Shown: piece by piece, positions 43,113 through 56,090 of the stretch | Position numbering within the stretch: position 1 is the first letter of the stretch | Layout of the letters: the number at the start of each line of letters is the position of its first letter | Assembly (NCBI GenBank): GCA_951406725.2 | Contig: OX597814.1 | Coordinates: 180,110,001-180,174,000, forward strand | Source of the DNA: Octopus vulgaris | Taxonomy: Eukaryota | DNA length: 64,000 nucleotides | Direction of reading: 5' to 3' | Translations under genes and position numbers: made by a program | Notes under the pieces: generated by a model | Database searches by the model: none | Told to the model about the DNA's origin: nothing | The model's input: the letters and a program-made list of their open reading frames with translations, nothing else

Positions 43113-43399
43113 TTATATATATAATACACACATATACAAATTTATATATGTATATATAATATAATCTGAGTAGGTGCTCAGCAGGTGTGTGTGTGTATAA
43201 TATATTTTCTTTTTTTTTTATTAACTACTTTGTTTTGTTTTTCTTGTTCTTGGTTCTTTTACTCACTTTTCTTAGAGTTCCTTTTTAATGTTCCTTTGAC
43301 TTTGATATTTCGTTGTTTTTTGTTTTTCTTTAATTTTGACATTGCAATTTCTTAAAAGAGATATATAATTAATTAATTAATTAATTAATTACATCATAT

Positions 43400-43453
<54 letters not shown>

Positions 43454-43640
43454 TTCTAAATATATATGTATGTATGTGTGTTTGTGTGTATATGTATGTG
43501 TGTTGATATATATATATATATATATATAAATATATTGTCTTTTTAGGAATATGAAATTACTAGGATAGCAATATGGCTACATGTAACCTATATGTTTCTG
43601 CAAACGTACACATATGTGTGTATATGTGGGTGCATTTATG

Positions 43641-43699
<59 letters not shown>

Positions 43700-43812
43700 T
43701 TGTGTATGTATGTATATGTATATATATTTACATATATATATGTGTGTGTGTGTGTACATATACATATGTACATGTATATATGTACATGTACATATTTCCA
43801 TGTGTGTGTGTA

Positions 43813-43913
<101 letters not shown>

Positions 43914-44573
43914 GTATAGATATAGATATATATGTATGCACGTATACACACACACACACATATATATATATGCATATATAGATATATATATATGTGTGTA
44001 TGTCAATGTACATACATACATACATACATACCTTTTGATACGGAGAAAAAATTTAGTCTTTTTTAAAGAAATATTATCATTATTATTAATGCTCAAAATA
44101 CATAACTAAATATCAAATGTGAAAAGAAAGCAACAACAACAACAAGGACGACAGAAGCAACAAAGCAAATTAGACGTAACATGCTAAGATATTATGACTA
44201 TAAAAGATCTCCAGTTAGATATCTCTAGAGATATGCCACAGATAAAATGTCCGCATCTTCAAGTCATTTAAAATGAAAATGTAGATGTGCCTATGTATAG
44301 ATGTGTGTGTGTGAGGTGTGTGGGTGTGAGCACGTGGGTGGATAGCATGTATACATATATATATATGCGTGTGTGTGTGTGTGTGTGTGTGTGTGCATAC
44401 GTATCTATCTATATTTATTTATATAAACACACACACACACACACATATGTATATACACATACATACATATATATATCATATACATATTTATATGCATATA
44501 TATTACATATACATAGATACACGTTCATACTATGTATTACATACACATACACATGCATATATTTATATATGTA

Positions 44574-44957
44574 CTAGCAGTATCGCCCGGCGTTGCTCAG
44601 GTTTGTAAGGGAAATAACTATAAAGCATTTTTAGAGAGTTATAGCCAAAAAATAGCAAAAAGATGGAAAAAAATGATGGTAAATTTTTTTTTTAGTTAAA
44701 AAAGGTGGAGTTGCGTCCCCTAGACAGTTCGCGGTTTGTGTTTCTGATTCTCGACCCCATGTCGAGTTTATCGATTTTTTTTCAGAACTGGGGGAACTTT
44801 TCAAAATTTTCGCTGCGTTAGTTTTGAATTATGACATTGGGCTATGTGTGTGTCAAGTTTCATCAGAATCGGTTGAAAGCCGTGGTCAGGGTGAGGGTAC
44901 AAGAAAACAGACACACAGAAACACGCACAGACAAACTGCCGTTTATATAGAGAGAGA
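44574..44957 (-). mobile_element. Non-autonomous Helitron-like element
   Basis: Minus strand starts A|TCTCTCTCTATATAAAC and ends cctgagcaacgccgggcgatactgCTAG|T. Shares its 3' portion with 26522-26916. Confidence 0.78.
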
Positions 44958-45165
44958 TATATGTGTGAGTGTGTGTGTGTATGTGTGTGTGCGTGTGTGT
45001 GTGTGAGTGCAAAGATGCACATGTATATGTGATGTGTTTGAGACAGATAGATAGATAGATAGACACATACACATACATATAATATATATATACATATATA
45101 TATGTATGTATATGTATATGTATATATATATATGTGTGTGCATATACGTATATATATCTATATAT

Positions 45166-45231
<66 letters not shown>

Positions 45232-45251
45232 TATATATATTATATATATAC

Positions 45252-45285
<34 letters not shown>

Positions 45286-45581
45286 TGAGAGTGAAAGAGA
45301 GAGAGAGAATATGAATATTCATATAGCCATACTGCAATGCTGTTAAATATTTCCCACCAGTGCTAATCAGTTCTAACTAGAAAGTTAATGAGGACATTTT
45401 GATATAAGAGAGATATCAATCAATCATCACAATGTGGTTGATAAAAGTCTCCCGTCTCTATACAGAAGAGAAATTCATTTCAAGTTCTTTATGCAAAGGA
45501 TATTATGATATACCTACCTGCACGTGCATCGAGAGGCACATGCATGCGTATTTATATACATGCATTCGCAATTGCACGAGT

Positions 45582-45606
45582 GTCATCATCATCATCATCA
45601 TCATCG

Positions 45607-45641
<35 letters not shown>

Positions 45642-46318
45642 TTCTTCTTCTTCTTCTTCTTCTTCTTCTTCTTCTTCTTCTTCTTCTTCTTCTTCTTCTC
45701 CTTCTTCTTCTTCTTCTTCTCCTCTTCCTCTTACAAATGCTGCTACTGCTTCTTCTTCATCATCATTGTCCTATCCCTCTCATCATCATCGTCGTCGTCG
45801 TCGTCGTCATCATCATCATCATCATCATCATCTTCTTCTTCTTCTTCTTCTTCTTCTTCTTCTTCTTCTTCTTCTCCTCCTCCCCTTCCTCTTACTCCTT
45901 CATTATCTTCTTTAACAAATGCTGCTACTGCTCCTTCTTCATCACCATTGCCCTATCCTTCTCATCATCATCACCATCATTATCATCATCATCACTAATT
46001 TCATCATCATCATCATCATTATCATCAATCATTACCGTCATTTTCACGATTAACAGTATCATAATCGTTCATCATCGTTGTAACCATCCTTCTCTTCCTC
46101 CCCCTCCACTTCCACCTCCTTTTTGCCATTACCATCATCCTCATCACCACCACCACCACCATCATCATCATCGCCACCACCACCACCATCATCATCACCA
46201 CCACCACCATCATCATCACCACCACCACCACCATCATCATCACCACCACCACCATCATCATCATCACCACACCACCACCATCATCATCATCATCACCACC
46301 ACCACCATCATCATCATC

Positions 46319-46349
<31 letters not shown>

Positions 46350-46390
46350 CGACCACCACCACCATCATCATCATCATCATCCTCGTCGTC
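45582..46390. repeat. Compound (CAT)n/(CTT)n/(CAC)n microsatellite block
   Basis: Visible directly. Confidence 0.95.
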
Positions 46391-47025
46391 AGTCCTGCGT
46401 TTGCTCTTTTTGTTTTTCTTACTTTTGATTTGTGTTGATTTTGTTATGTTTTTGTTTGCATATTTGCATTACGACTTGTTATATGCAAAAAAAAAACGTA
46501 CAGCCTCAGCAATAATATAGTTATTTACACACACGCACGCACACACACACACACACACGCACACACACACAGAGTATACCTCATCCGAATGAACATCAGC
46601 CAATATGATTGACAAATACCAAAATCACCACCAAATTCTCAAGCACACGGACCCTTTATTCTCCTTCCTCTCTTTCTCCTTCCTCCTCTCTCACATACAC
46701 ACTTCTCTCTTATTTCTATTCTATCTACTACCATGGGTAATGTTCCTCTTAATTATATGCAGCCTCTACCCAGTTCACCCATAACATCCCTCTTTGCCTT
46801 TCAGCCCACCGTTTTATTCCCTTATTTCCTTCATCGCCCACGTCCCTGCCTTTAATTAACGCACCGGTTTGCGTATACTCAGGTTGGACTAAAATATCGC
46901 ATCGGTCTCACCAGTCTCCCAAGGTCAGGGGGAGGGCCGGTTTTATTTCCTGACTATGCCAATGAAAAATTGAATATATAAACATATATATATATTCAAG
47001 AGTCTTACATATGTAATATAAAGGG

Positions 47026-47344
47026 GATCGGGTCATGAATGACCAGGGGATTACATCTAGAAAGTTACTCTCCGATGCACAAGTCCGGGCAAGGTTGTTT
47101 ATGGAAAACCAACAGTCCCCTATGCATACCAGCCTCTCCTTTCCACGGCACCGATGTTATCCAAGGGAAAGGCAAAGGTCGATACAGCTTAGCACCAGTG
47201 ACGTCGTAATTCATTTCTACAGCTGAGTGAACTGGAGCAACGTGAAATAAAGTGACTAGCTCAAGAACACAACACACAACCCGGGAATCGAACTCACTAC
47301 CTCGTGATTGGGAGCTCGACGCTCTAATCGCTGAGCCATGCGCC
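47026..47344 (-). mobile_element. tRNA-derived SINE, family D
   Basis: Diverged copy of 30704-31041. Confidence 0.85.
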
Positions 47345-47674
47345 TTCATATATAATATAGTAAGTGAGAAACCTTCGATCAACTGATATTATCCAAGTAG
47401 TTATTACCTTCTAGGGATTAGAGTAATCTTCTGGGAATTTTCACAGAATTAGACAGACTTCTTATATGCGGGACGATAAACCTCTAATCGTCTTAATATT
47501 TGTCACAAAGAAATTTGAGTGTATTTAGATAATTATGCTGTCTAAACATATATATGATACCTTATATATCTTAAACACACGCATACACACACACAGACAC
47601 ACATACACACACACACACACATCTAAGTATATCTATCTAACCTCTATATGTATGTATGAATGTATGTATGTATG

Positions 47675-47726
<52 letters not shown>

Positions 47727-47794
47727 TAGACAGACAGACAGACAGACAGACATTCGCATGTACACAGAGCCACATATATACGCACAGATAAACT

Positions 47795-47848
<54 letters not shown>

Positions 47849-47859
47849 TGTGTGAGCGC

Positions 47860-47922
<63 letters not shown>

Positions 47923-48098
47923 CATCAGCCTTGGTTTGTTTGTCAACGTATGCAACAGCTCATTGAATATGTATAACTGACACAAATGTCTTCATCACTT
48001 TCACTTCACCGGGGCCGAAGTCACAACTCCCTGAAACCTCAGCCGCAAAAATGCCATCGTTATAAAACAGGTTGACAAAAGCAAGACTATAACGGTAT

Positions 48099-48327
48099 GG
48101 CGGCGAGCTGGCAGAATCGTTAGCACGCCAGGTGAAATGCGTAGCCGTATTTCGTCTGCCATTACGTTCTGAGTTCAAATTCCGCCCAGGTCGACTTTGC
48201 CTTTCATCCTTTTGGGGTCGATAAATTAAGTACCAGTTACACACTGGGGTCGATGTAATCGACTTAATCCGTTTGTCTGTCCTTGTTTGTCCCCTCTATG
48301 TTTAGCCCCTTGTGGGCAATAAAGAAA
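48099..48327 (+). mobile_element. tRNA-derived SINE, family A
   Basis: Full unit, close to the other family A copies. Confidence 0.9.
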
Positions 48328-48329
48328 CA

Positions 48330-48800
48330 GGTGTAGCCCGCCGACCTCTATTGAGTGGAAGCGCTGCGACAGCTTCTCAACGTTGTCTTCTATCATTCTC
48401 TGCTCACAGACTTCATACCGACCTACCAACACCATTAACCCTTCCACTATCCATTTCTTGAACCCTCCTCTTCTTCCTTTCACCACCATCGACCTCGTTG
48501 GCTAAATACCATGCACTTCTGCTGCCTATTTTCTTCCTAAAATTCATAAACCTGATAACCATGGCCGTTCCATAATCTCCGCCTGCAACTTACCCACAAA
48601 ACTGATATCTCAAGTACTTCGACATCATCCTGCCCATTATCAGCTTCCCTCTCGTTTCTCATGTTCTTCAACAATTCAACTCCTTTTCCTTTCTTTCTAA
48701 TCTTTCTCCGTCTTTTTCACCACTTCTACACTTTTATTCCCTGCAACGATGGTCACCTGGCTTTTCATCGCTTTCTCAAACGTCATTCCATCCCCTAACG
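48330..48800 (+). mobile_element. Decayed Penelope-like reverse transcriptase fragment
   Basis: YFLPKIHKPDNHGRSIISACNLPTKLIS and LYTFIPCNDGHLAFHRFL correspond to the PLE RT motifs LPKIHK..GRPIVS and SLYT.IP. Confidence 0.85.
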
Positions 48801-48879
48801 CTGTATGTATATATGTGTATGTGTGTGTGTACTCACGTGCGGTTTTGTGAAGTGCAATGTATCATTCATCCATTTAAGC

Positions 48880-49431
48880 CAGTAGTTCTCAACCGGGGTC
48901 CATATGTCCGATGAGGGTACATGCAAGATTTTTTAGGAGTCCACGCAAAAACACAGTAAATTGGGGATCCACAATAGTATTTTAAGGGCTCCTGAAAAAA
49001 TTTTCTTTACATGTGTATCTATTGTAAGAAATGGCTAGGTTTCTTTCTCTAATATTTTACATAATTCAACCTACACAAGTTAATGTGCGAAAAACCAAAT
49101 TGGAATTTTGAAAGCAGTTTCTATAAAACTAGTTTTTAACCCTTTCGTTACTGTATTTTTTTTAGATGCTCTGTGTTTCTTTCAATTACTTTAAATATAA
49201 CAAGGAATTTAGTAAAATAACTTAATTATCATTAAGTTAGGAACATAAATTGTGACTAAGGTTTGGTGGAAGATTTTAATTCAAAACTTATGAAAACAAG
49301 ACATTTGTACTCAGAGTCAGAGCCGGTTTCAGCCGGGTTGGTAAAGAAAGGATTGGCTAGGGGGTGGGATCCACCTAAATAAATAGTAATCAAAGGGGTC
49401 CATAGATTAAAAAAAAAGTTGAGAACCCCTA
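48880..49431. mobile_element. hAT (Charlie-like) MITE
   Basis: TIRs cagtagttctcaac / gttgagaacccct. Degenerate 8-bp TSD atttaagc / atctaaac. ggggtcca subterminal repeats. Confidence 0.75.
49140..49352. mobile_element. piggyBac-like MITE nested in the hAT MITE
   Basis: ttaa|ccctttcgttac at the left end and degenerate gtaaagaaagg at the right end. Confidence 0.55.
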
Positions 49432-50673
49432 ATCTAAACCCTTTCTCTGTGAGCTCTTTAACGAGCCTTCCTTCTCAAGTGAAGCTTCTCAAGATTTTCG
49501 TAGCAATTTGATATCAAATCTTTCTCGATCTGCTATTGCACCCACCTTTTTCATGGCCACTACATATACATACATATCTACGTATATATTTGTTTGGCTC
49601 GTTTGCTATGTCAATCAGGATCGATGTACCTTGTGAATAGAGCTTCCTCAATATTTGGGCAGCAAATACCTCTCACACAAATTAGTTGATCAAGATTTTA
49701 AATATTCATGAGGCAATTTTGCAATTGGGGATCTTCCCACATATGACCAAAACGGTAGCAGGCAGTAACATTCAATACCAAATACCCTAACACTACCATC
49801 TAACCATCAAACCATTTGACCTTTGAAACTCTAACCCATTCACATTTTGTCCAAATATTTACATAATCTACAGATAATTTATATACTATTAGATTTATTT
49901 ATTTTGTTTATGTCTGTGAGGCCGGCGTTTTTTTTTTTTTTTTCTCGACGACGATGGATTGACAGTTTCCGTGGCATGTCGGACAAAATGTTTTGCGGAA
50001 GTGACCTTCTTTTAAATTCTAATGTGTTCGAATCCTGTTGATGGTGATTTTACCTTTCAGCCTTCCGGCTCGATAAAAAGCAATGAATCATCATCAGTCA
50101 ACTGTGTTTTGACGAGATAATCGACTGTAGCTCAGTGTTGAGTCTTAAAATCCATTAATGTGAGAATGAATCTATTCTTGTCATGCATCTGTAGGAAAAG
50201 AACCATACACTGCGGGAGAGAATAAACCTGTAACGAGCCAACTAAGAAGCTTATACATGGATTTTTAAATCTATGGGAAGCAGTAACCAAATTTTCCTTA
50301 GATCAAAGTTCTATATTATTAAAATAAAAGAATATGTTGGATAATGTGGTTCTGATGTCTCTTGGAATAATTTTGTTCATAGGCATGTTAGATTTGGGTT
50401 TACCTAATGTCTAACAACAGCGACACTACGAAGAAGGAGAGGGTACCTGCCTTGGTAGTATAGACAATTTTGGAACTGTGGGGCTCTCTGATAGTTCCCA
50501 AGTGGCTATTTCTTTATTGGAAGATTCTCGTGTCTTTTTTTGCCTATGTTGTTTCTTTTTTCAGGTTTGTTTCTAATACTCGTTTTCTGTAAAATTCCAC
50601 ACCTTCCTTTTTATACTTATAATACCCTCTCCCTCACTCGTTACCCATGTGGCAATATAATATCGAACAAAAC

Positions 50674-51076
50674 AGGCGCAGGAGTGGCTGTGTGGTAAGT
50701 AGCTTGCTTACCAACCACATGGTTCCGGGTTCATTCCCACGGTGTGGCACCTTGGGCAAGTGTCTTCTACTATACCTCGGGTCGACCAAAGCCTTGTGAG
50801 TGGATTTGGTAGACGGAAACTGAAAGAAGCCCGTCGTATATACGTATATACATATGTGTGTGTGTGTGTATGTTTGTGTGTCTGTGTTTGTCCCCCAGCA
50901 TCGCTTGACAACCGATGCTGGTGTATTTACGTCCCCGTAACTTAGCGGTTCTGCAAAAGAATCCGATAGAATAAGTACTAGGCTTACAAAGAATAAGTCC
51001 TGGGGTAGATTTGCTCGACTAAAGGTGGTGCTGCAGCATGGCCGCAGTCAAATGCCTGAAACAAGTGAAAGAGTAA
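50674..51076 (+). mobile_element. Full-length tRNA-derived SINE, family B
   Basis: aggcgcaggagtggctgtgtggtaag ... gaaacaagtgaaagagt. Confidence 0.9.
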
Positions 51077-52042
51077 AACGCCAAACAGTATTTCCTCCGG
51101 CTCTTTCTCAAATGTCGCAATTTCTTTGATATCCACGCTACTATCATATGGCATTGTAGCACTGCTGGTACCTTCTATATCTAATGAACTCCTTAGTAAG
51201 TAGAGCCTATCGATATTAGTTTTGCGATGGTGTGTTATGTTTTGTATGCACCTTCCTAATTATTCCACCATATTCCTATAGTTTTCTCTCTCCCTTCCTC
51301 TCCTTCTCTTTCTCTCTCTCTCTCCCTCTTTCCCCTTCTCTCCCTGTCCCTCTTTATCTACTTTAGAAAAGGAGCAGAGTATATGAACACTGATATGGAC
51401 CACATTTTGATTACTTTGTTGACAGTCCCTGTATTTTCGTTCGTTTCGAGAGCCTAATCATTCTCATGTCCCCTTTGGAGACTTTTTCTCTCAATTCCGA
51501 AACACCACTGGGTACATGTAAGCTTCATTATTATCTAAGCGATCTAATGATATCACACGCTGTTTCAGAGAAATCTTCGATTTTACTGAACGCAGATAAT
51601 GTCCTTCCTTCACTAGGTTCTTCATAGTTTTTTTACACACAATATCGTGTACCATCAGGTTTAATCTTTCGACTTCTGTTCATATGTAAAGCTGCACACT
51701 TACTTACCTCAGACTCTAAGCCAATACCTTTGGTAAATATTTATATCGTTTGAACAGGAAAATCCAGATCTTTTTTTTTTTTGAAGATTTGATGCATAGT
51801 TTCATGTCATTCATATAATTGATTAATGATTTATTTTCACCTTGGTTTTAGCAAGCTCATGGGCAGGTTTGAATTCTCTCAGTATGTTTCTCAATGAAAT
51901 TTACGAAACAACGAAAACTAATGGGGAGAGTGAGTCTCCCAAAAATATCTTACTCTATATTATCACATTTCCAAATGATTCACTTCCACGTTTTAGTTCT
52001 ACTTCACGATCCCATATAATTTAAAACATGGAACTCTTCTTG

Positions 52043-52271
52043 TTTCTTTATTACCCACAAGGGGCTAAACATAGAGGGGACAAACAAGGACAGACAAAGG
52101 GATTAAGTCGATTACATCGACCGCAGTACGTAACTGGTACTTAAGTTATCGACCCCGAAAGGATGAAAGGCAAAGTCGACCTCAGCAGAATTTGAACTCA
52201 GAACGTAACGGCACACGAAATACGGCTACGTATTTTGTCCGGCGTGCTAACAATTCTGCCAGCTCGCCGCC
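52043..52271 (-). mobile_element. tRNA-derived SINE, family A
   Basis: Reverse complement of a full family A unit. Confidence 0.9.
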
Positions 52272-53157
52272 CTTGCTAATGTTTCTGCCAGCTTGCCGCT
52301 GCCATCTTCTTACTGACCTCGAGTATCTTCAGGAATTCCAAAATCAACAGTGTGGTACACTATTATTCTAGCCTTCTCAACCAATTGCTAAATTCTTTTT
52401 TATTTGAACTTCACTTAGTATCGTGCTATTGATATACAATAGATCAGCAGTTCCTCTTGACTTCTTTCAGCATCACGTTTTGCTCTTCCGATAATAGTTT
52501 CTCCTTTTCCAGAAAGCTATACAATTAATACAATATAATTAGTTAGTAATTTCTAGAGCAATAGTAAGCATGTAATAGGGCTATAATTATTGACTACCTC
52601 TCTCGTTTATTTTTATGCTTCCGTTTTAATCTTGTCCTCCCTCTTTGGTGTTCTATTTTTTCTAAACAGTCAGAAACAGACTCTTGGGGAATTTCAACCG
52701 TGTTTCGTGATCTGCTACCACAACAGCTCCTTTATAGAATCCAGTTAGCTCAAGACATCATCAGGAGTAACAACATCCGGTTTTGGCCCCTACTCCTCTA
52801 CCGTTTTGTAGTGCCCCCCCCCCGCCATCCTTTTTAGAGGTGTCTTCAGCTCTGGTGTTGAGTGCATGTCGTCTTTCTCCTTCTTTCTTCTGTTCCATGG
52901 CCTCTTCGCTGTAGCTTCAACGAGTGTCAGCGGGCGACTGACTATCTTGTCAAATTTCCCTTTAAATACCTGCTGCTAGGCTCCAGCAGGCAGCCCCAGT
53001 AAGTTGTCACGTGACACTGTCTCAACTTTAACTGACCAATGGAGGGCGCGTAGTCTTAGCCCACACATTCTCTAAATGAGACCGTCACCTGTCAATCAGC
53101 GAAGCTAATTCAGTGTCAGCCTGTCTCACCTAGCGATGTTATTTTTCCTGCCGGCAT

Positions 53158-53960
53158 GTTACGACTTTCTCGGGGAGACTCTGGGTGCCGACGAGAATGA
53201 ACTGGCTAATTTGTTCCGGAGAACTTTCCGATCGGGAACTATCATGGATAATTTCCAGATGTCCTTGGCCTGGCAGTGCTACCGGTTCGAGACAAGCTCT
53301 ACAGGCACGAATGCGCTGCCAGACGGATTTGTACTAGGCACGCGCAGAGTGAAGAAACCGTTCTGTACGTCCTCATTCAGTGTCCAGACATTGCTGATTT
53401 GTAGGGCTATGTTGAACAGCTGCTGTCACGTGTAGGACGGATCTGTCTGTCGGCCGCGTCTGTAGTGATGATTTACCACCACCCTCCTTCAATCGGGCAG
53501 ACAAGGCAGTTTTTCCTGTGCCTGGTGGCTGTAGCGAAAGAGATTGTTTGGTAGACAAAGCTGAAAAGCATGAGGACAGATACATTCCTGGAAATTGAGA
53601 GTGGAGAGAGAAATGCTGTCATCGAGTGAGTTTATTGAAAGATGGGTGAAAGTTGCGAAAATGTGAGTCGCGGAGAAGGAATTGGAGAGGGCACTTGCTC
53701 ATAGGACTACAGGGAAATCTCGGACAGTGGGGTTCCTCGATTATCCCTAGAGCCGTTTCTGTATCAGGAAGGTCACATCTCTATCATCCCCCGCCACCAC
53801 TTTTTTTTGTACCTTTGTATGCTATGCATATGTCTCTTCTTTTTCCAGTGTATACCATGTTTAATTTTTTTTTTTACCATTTTATTATTATATGTAAACC
53901 TTCACACTATATCTGTCTCTGTATTGTCCCCCTCATACTTCGCCCTTGCGGCAAATAAAT
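53158..53960 (+). mobile_element. 5'-truncated Tx1/L1-clade LINE 3' fragment (zinc-binding C-terminus plus 3'UTR)
   Basis: Across frameshifts: FQMSLAWQCYR / VRDKLYRH / CTRHAQSEETVLYVLIQCPDIADL*, resembling the C-terminal C..C..E...H....C motif. AATAAA at 53954 followed by (ATT)n. Confidence 0.65.
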
Positions 53961-53965
53961 TAAAT

Positions 53966-53976
53966 CATTATTATTA

Positions 53977-54016
<40 letters not shown>

Positions 54017-54019
54017 CAT

Positions 54020-54072
<53 letters not shown>

Positions 54073-54120
54073 TTTTATTATTATTACTATTATTATTATC
54101 ATTATTATTATTACTATTAC

Positions 54121-54168
<48 letters not shown>

Positions 54169-54289
54169 CATCATTATTATTATCATTATTATTATTATCA
54201 TTATCATCATTATTATTATTATTATTATCATCATTATTATTATTATCATTATTATTATCATTATCATTATTATTATTATTATCATTATT

Positions 54290-54363
<74 letters not shown>

Positions 54364-54364
54364 C

Positions 54365-54408
<44 letters not shown>

Positions 54409-54415
54409 CATTATT

Positions 54416-54471
<56 letters not shown>

Positions 54472-54478
54472 CATTATC
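53966..54478. repeat. (ATT)n/(ATC)n microsatellite abutting the exon 2 splice acceptor
   Basis: Visible directly. Confidence 0.95.
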
Positions 54479-54484
54479 TTGCAG

Positions 54485-54648
54485 AAGAGCAGAAGCTTAT
54501 AAGCGATTTGATGGATATGTATGTGGACACTGCTCGACCTGTCAAATACAACCAAGAGACAATGAATATAACCTTTACAATGACACCAGTAACATTTAGT
54601 ATTGATGAGACTAACCGAATAATGTCTCTAACATCTTTAGACTCTCTG
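54485..54648 (+). CDS. Coding exon 2 of the nAChR-like subunit (N-terminal helix, RPV motif, beta1-beta2, loop D)
   Basis: ttgcag|AA...CTG|gtaggt, 164 nt, phase 1 to 0. Reads (E)EQKLISDLMDMYVDTARPVKYNQETMNITFTMTPVTFSIDETNRIMSLTSLDSL, matching the nAChR pattern E.kL..dL...Y....RPV...DEkNq. Confidence 0.9.
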
Positions 54649-54755
54649 GTAGGTACCACCTTCAATAGCAACAACAATAACAAAAACAAAACTAAAGAAT
54701 TTTCGATTCATTCAGTTAATGTTGTTATGGTTGGTTTTTGTTGTTGTTGTTGCTG

Positions 54756-54791
<36 letters not shown>

Positions 54792-54830
54792 TTGTTGTTT
54801 GTTGTTGTTGTTGTTGTTGTTGTCGTCGTT

Positions 54831-55250
54831 AAGACGGCAAGCTGACAGAATGGTTAACATGCCGGACGAAATGCTTAGTGGTATTTCGCCCGTCGCTACG
54901 TGTTCTGAGTTCAAATTCTGCCGTGGTCGACTTTGCCTTTCATCTTTTGGGGTCGATAAATTAAGTACCAGTAAAGTACTGGGGTCTATGTAATCAACTT
55001 AACCCCTTCCCCACAATTTCAGGCCTTGAGCCTATCGTAGAAAGGATTATTATTCTTAAGGCAGCGAGCTGGCAGAATCGTTAGCACGTCTTTTCGTCTG
55101 TCTCCACGTTCTGAGTTCAAATTTCGCCATGGCCGACTTTGCCTTTCATCTTTTCGGGGTCTATAAAATAAGTAGCAGTTGAGCATTGGGGTCGATGTAA
55201 TCGACTTTGCTCCTCCCCCAGACTTGCTGGCTTTGTAGTTGTTGAAAGGA
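54831..55250 (+). mobile_element. Two tandem family A variant SINEs inside the 797-nt intron
   Basis: Heads at about 54831 and 55058, each with a gagttcaaatt B-box and the core ctttgcctttcatc. Confidence 0.85.
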
Positions 55251-55445
55251 TCTTTGTAGAAAGGATCACCACCATCATCATCATCATCATCATCATCATC
55301 ATAATCATCATCATCGCCATCGTCATCTAATGAATAATTGATTGTTACATGAAAGAAAAGACTGAAGTGTGAGTAATATGTTATGTGTTAACGGTTACAC
55401 ATTAGTGTCATATGGAGAAATGGATCAATATTTTTTCTATCATAG

Positions 55446-55555
55446 TCATGGAAGGACCAACTCTTGAAGTGGGATCCAGGTCTTCAAGGAGGAGTTAAAG
55501 AGGTTTTCCTCAAACCTAGTGACATATGGACACCAGAACTGGAGCTTTTTAATCC
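55446..55555 (+). CDS. Coding exon 3 of the nAChR-like subunit (WxD-L-W motif, loop A)
   Basis: ttttttctatcatag|TCA...CC|gtaagt, 110 nt, phase 0 to 2, the same size and phases as the conserved nAChR exon. Reads SWKDQLLKWDPGLQGGVKEVFLKPSDIWTPELELFN(P). Confidence 0.95.
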
Positions 55556-55694
55556 GTAAGTAGCATTTCGTTTTTTCCTTATTTTTTTTTTTGAAGAAAC
55601 TATTTTTTCGTTGTTATGTTACATAACTAGAATAAATATTCTTTGTTGATGATGCTTTTAATGTTTTTTAATTTTTTGTTTGTTTTAGTCTTGT

Positions 55695-56090
55695 ACTCTT
55701 GTACTTGTTTCAGTCATGTGACTGCGGCCATGCTGGAGCACCGCCTTTAGTCGAGCAAATCGACCCCAGGACTTATTATTTGTAAGCCCAGTACTTATTC
55801 TATCGGTCTCTTTTGCCGAACCGCTAAGTTACGGGGACGTAAACACACCAGCATCGGTTGTCAAGCGATGTTGGTAGGGACAAACACAGACACACAAACA
55901 CAAACACACACACACATATATATACATATATACGACGGGCTTTCAGTTTCCGTCTACCAAATCCACTCACAAGACTTTGGTCAGCCCGAGGCTATAGTAG
56001 AAGACACTTGCCCAAAGTGTCACGCAGTGGGGCTGAACCCGGAACCATGTGGTTCGTAAGTAAGCTACTTACCACACAGCCACTCCTGCA
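55695..56090 (-). mobile_element. tRNA-derived SINE, family B
   Basis: Full-length reverse copy. Confidence 0.9.
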
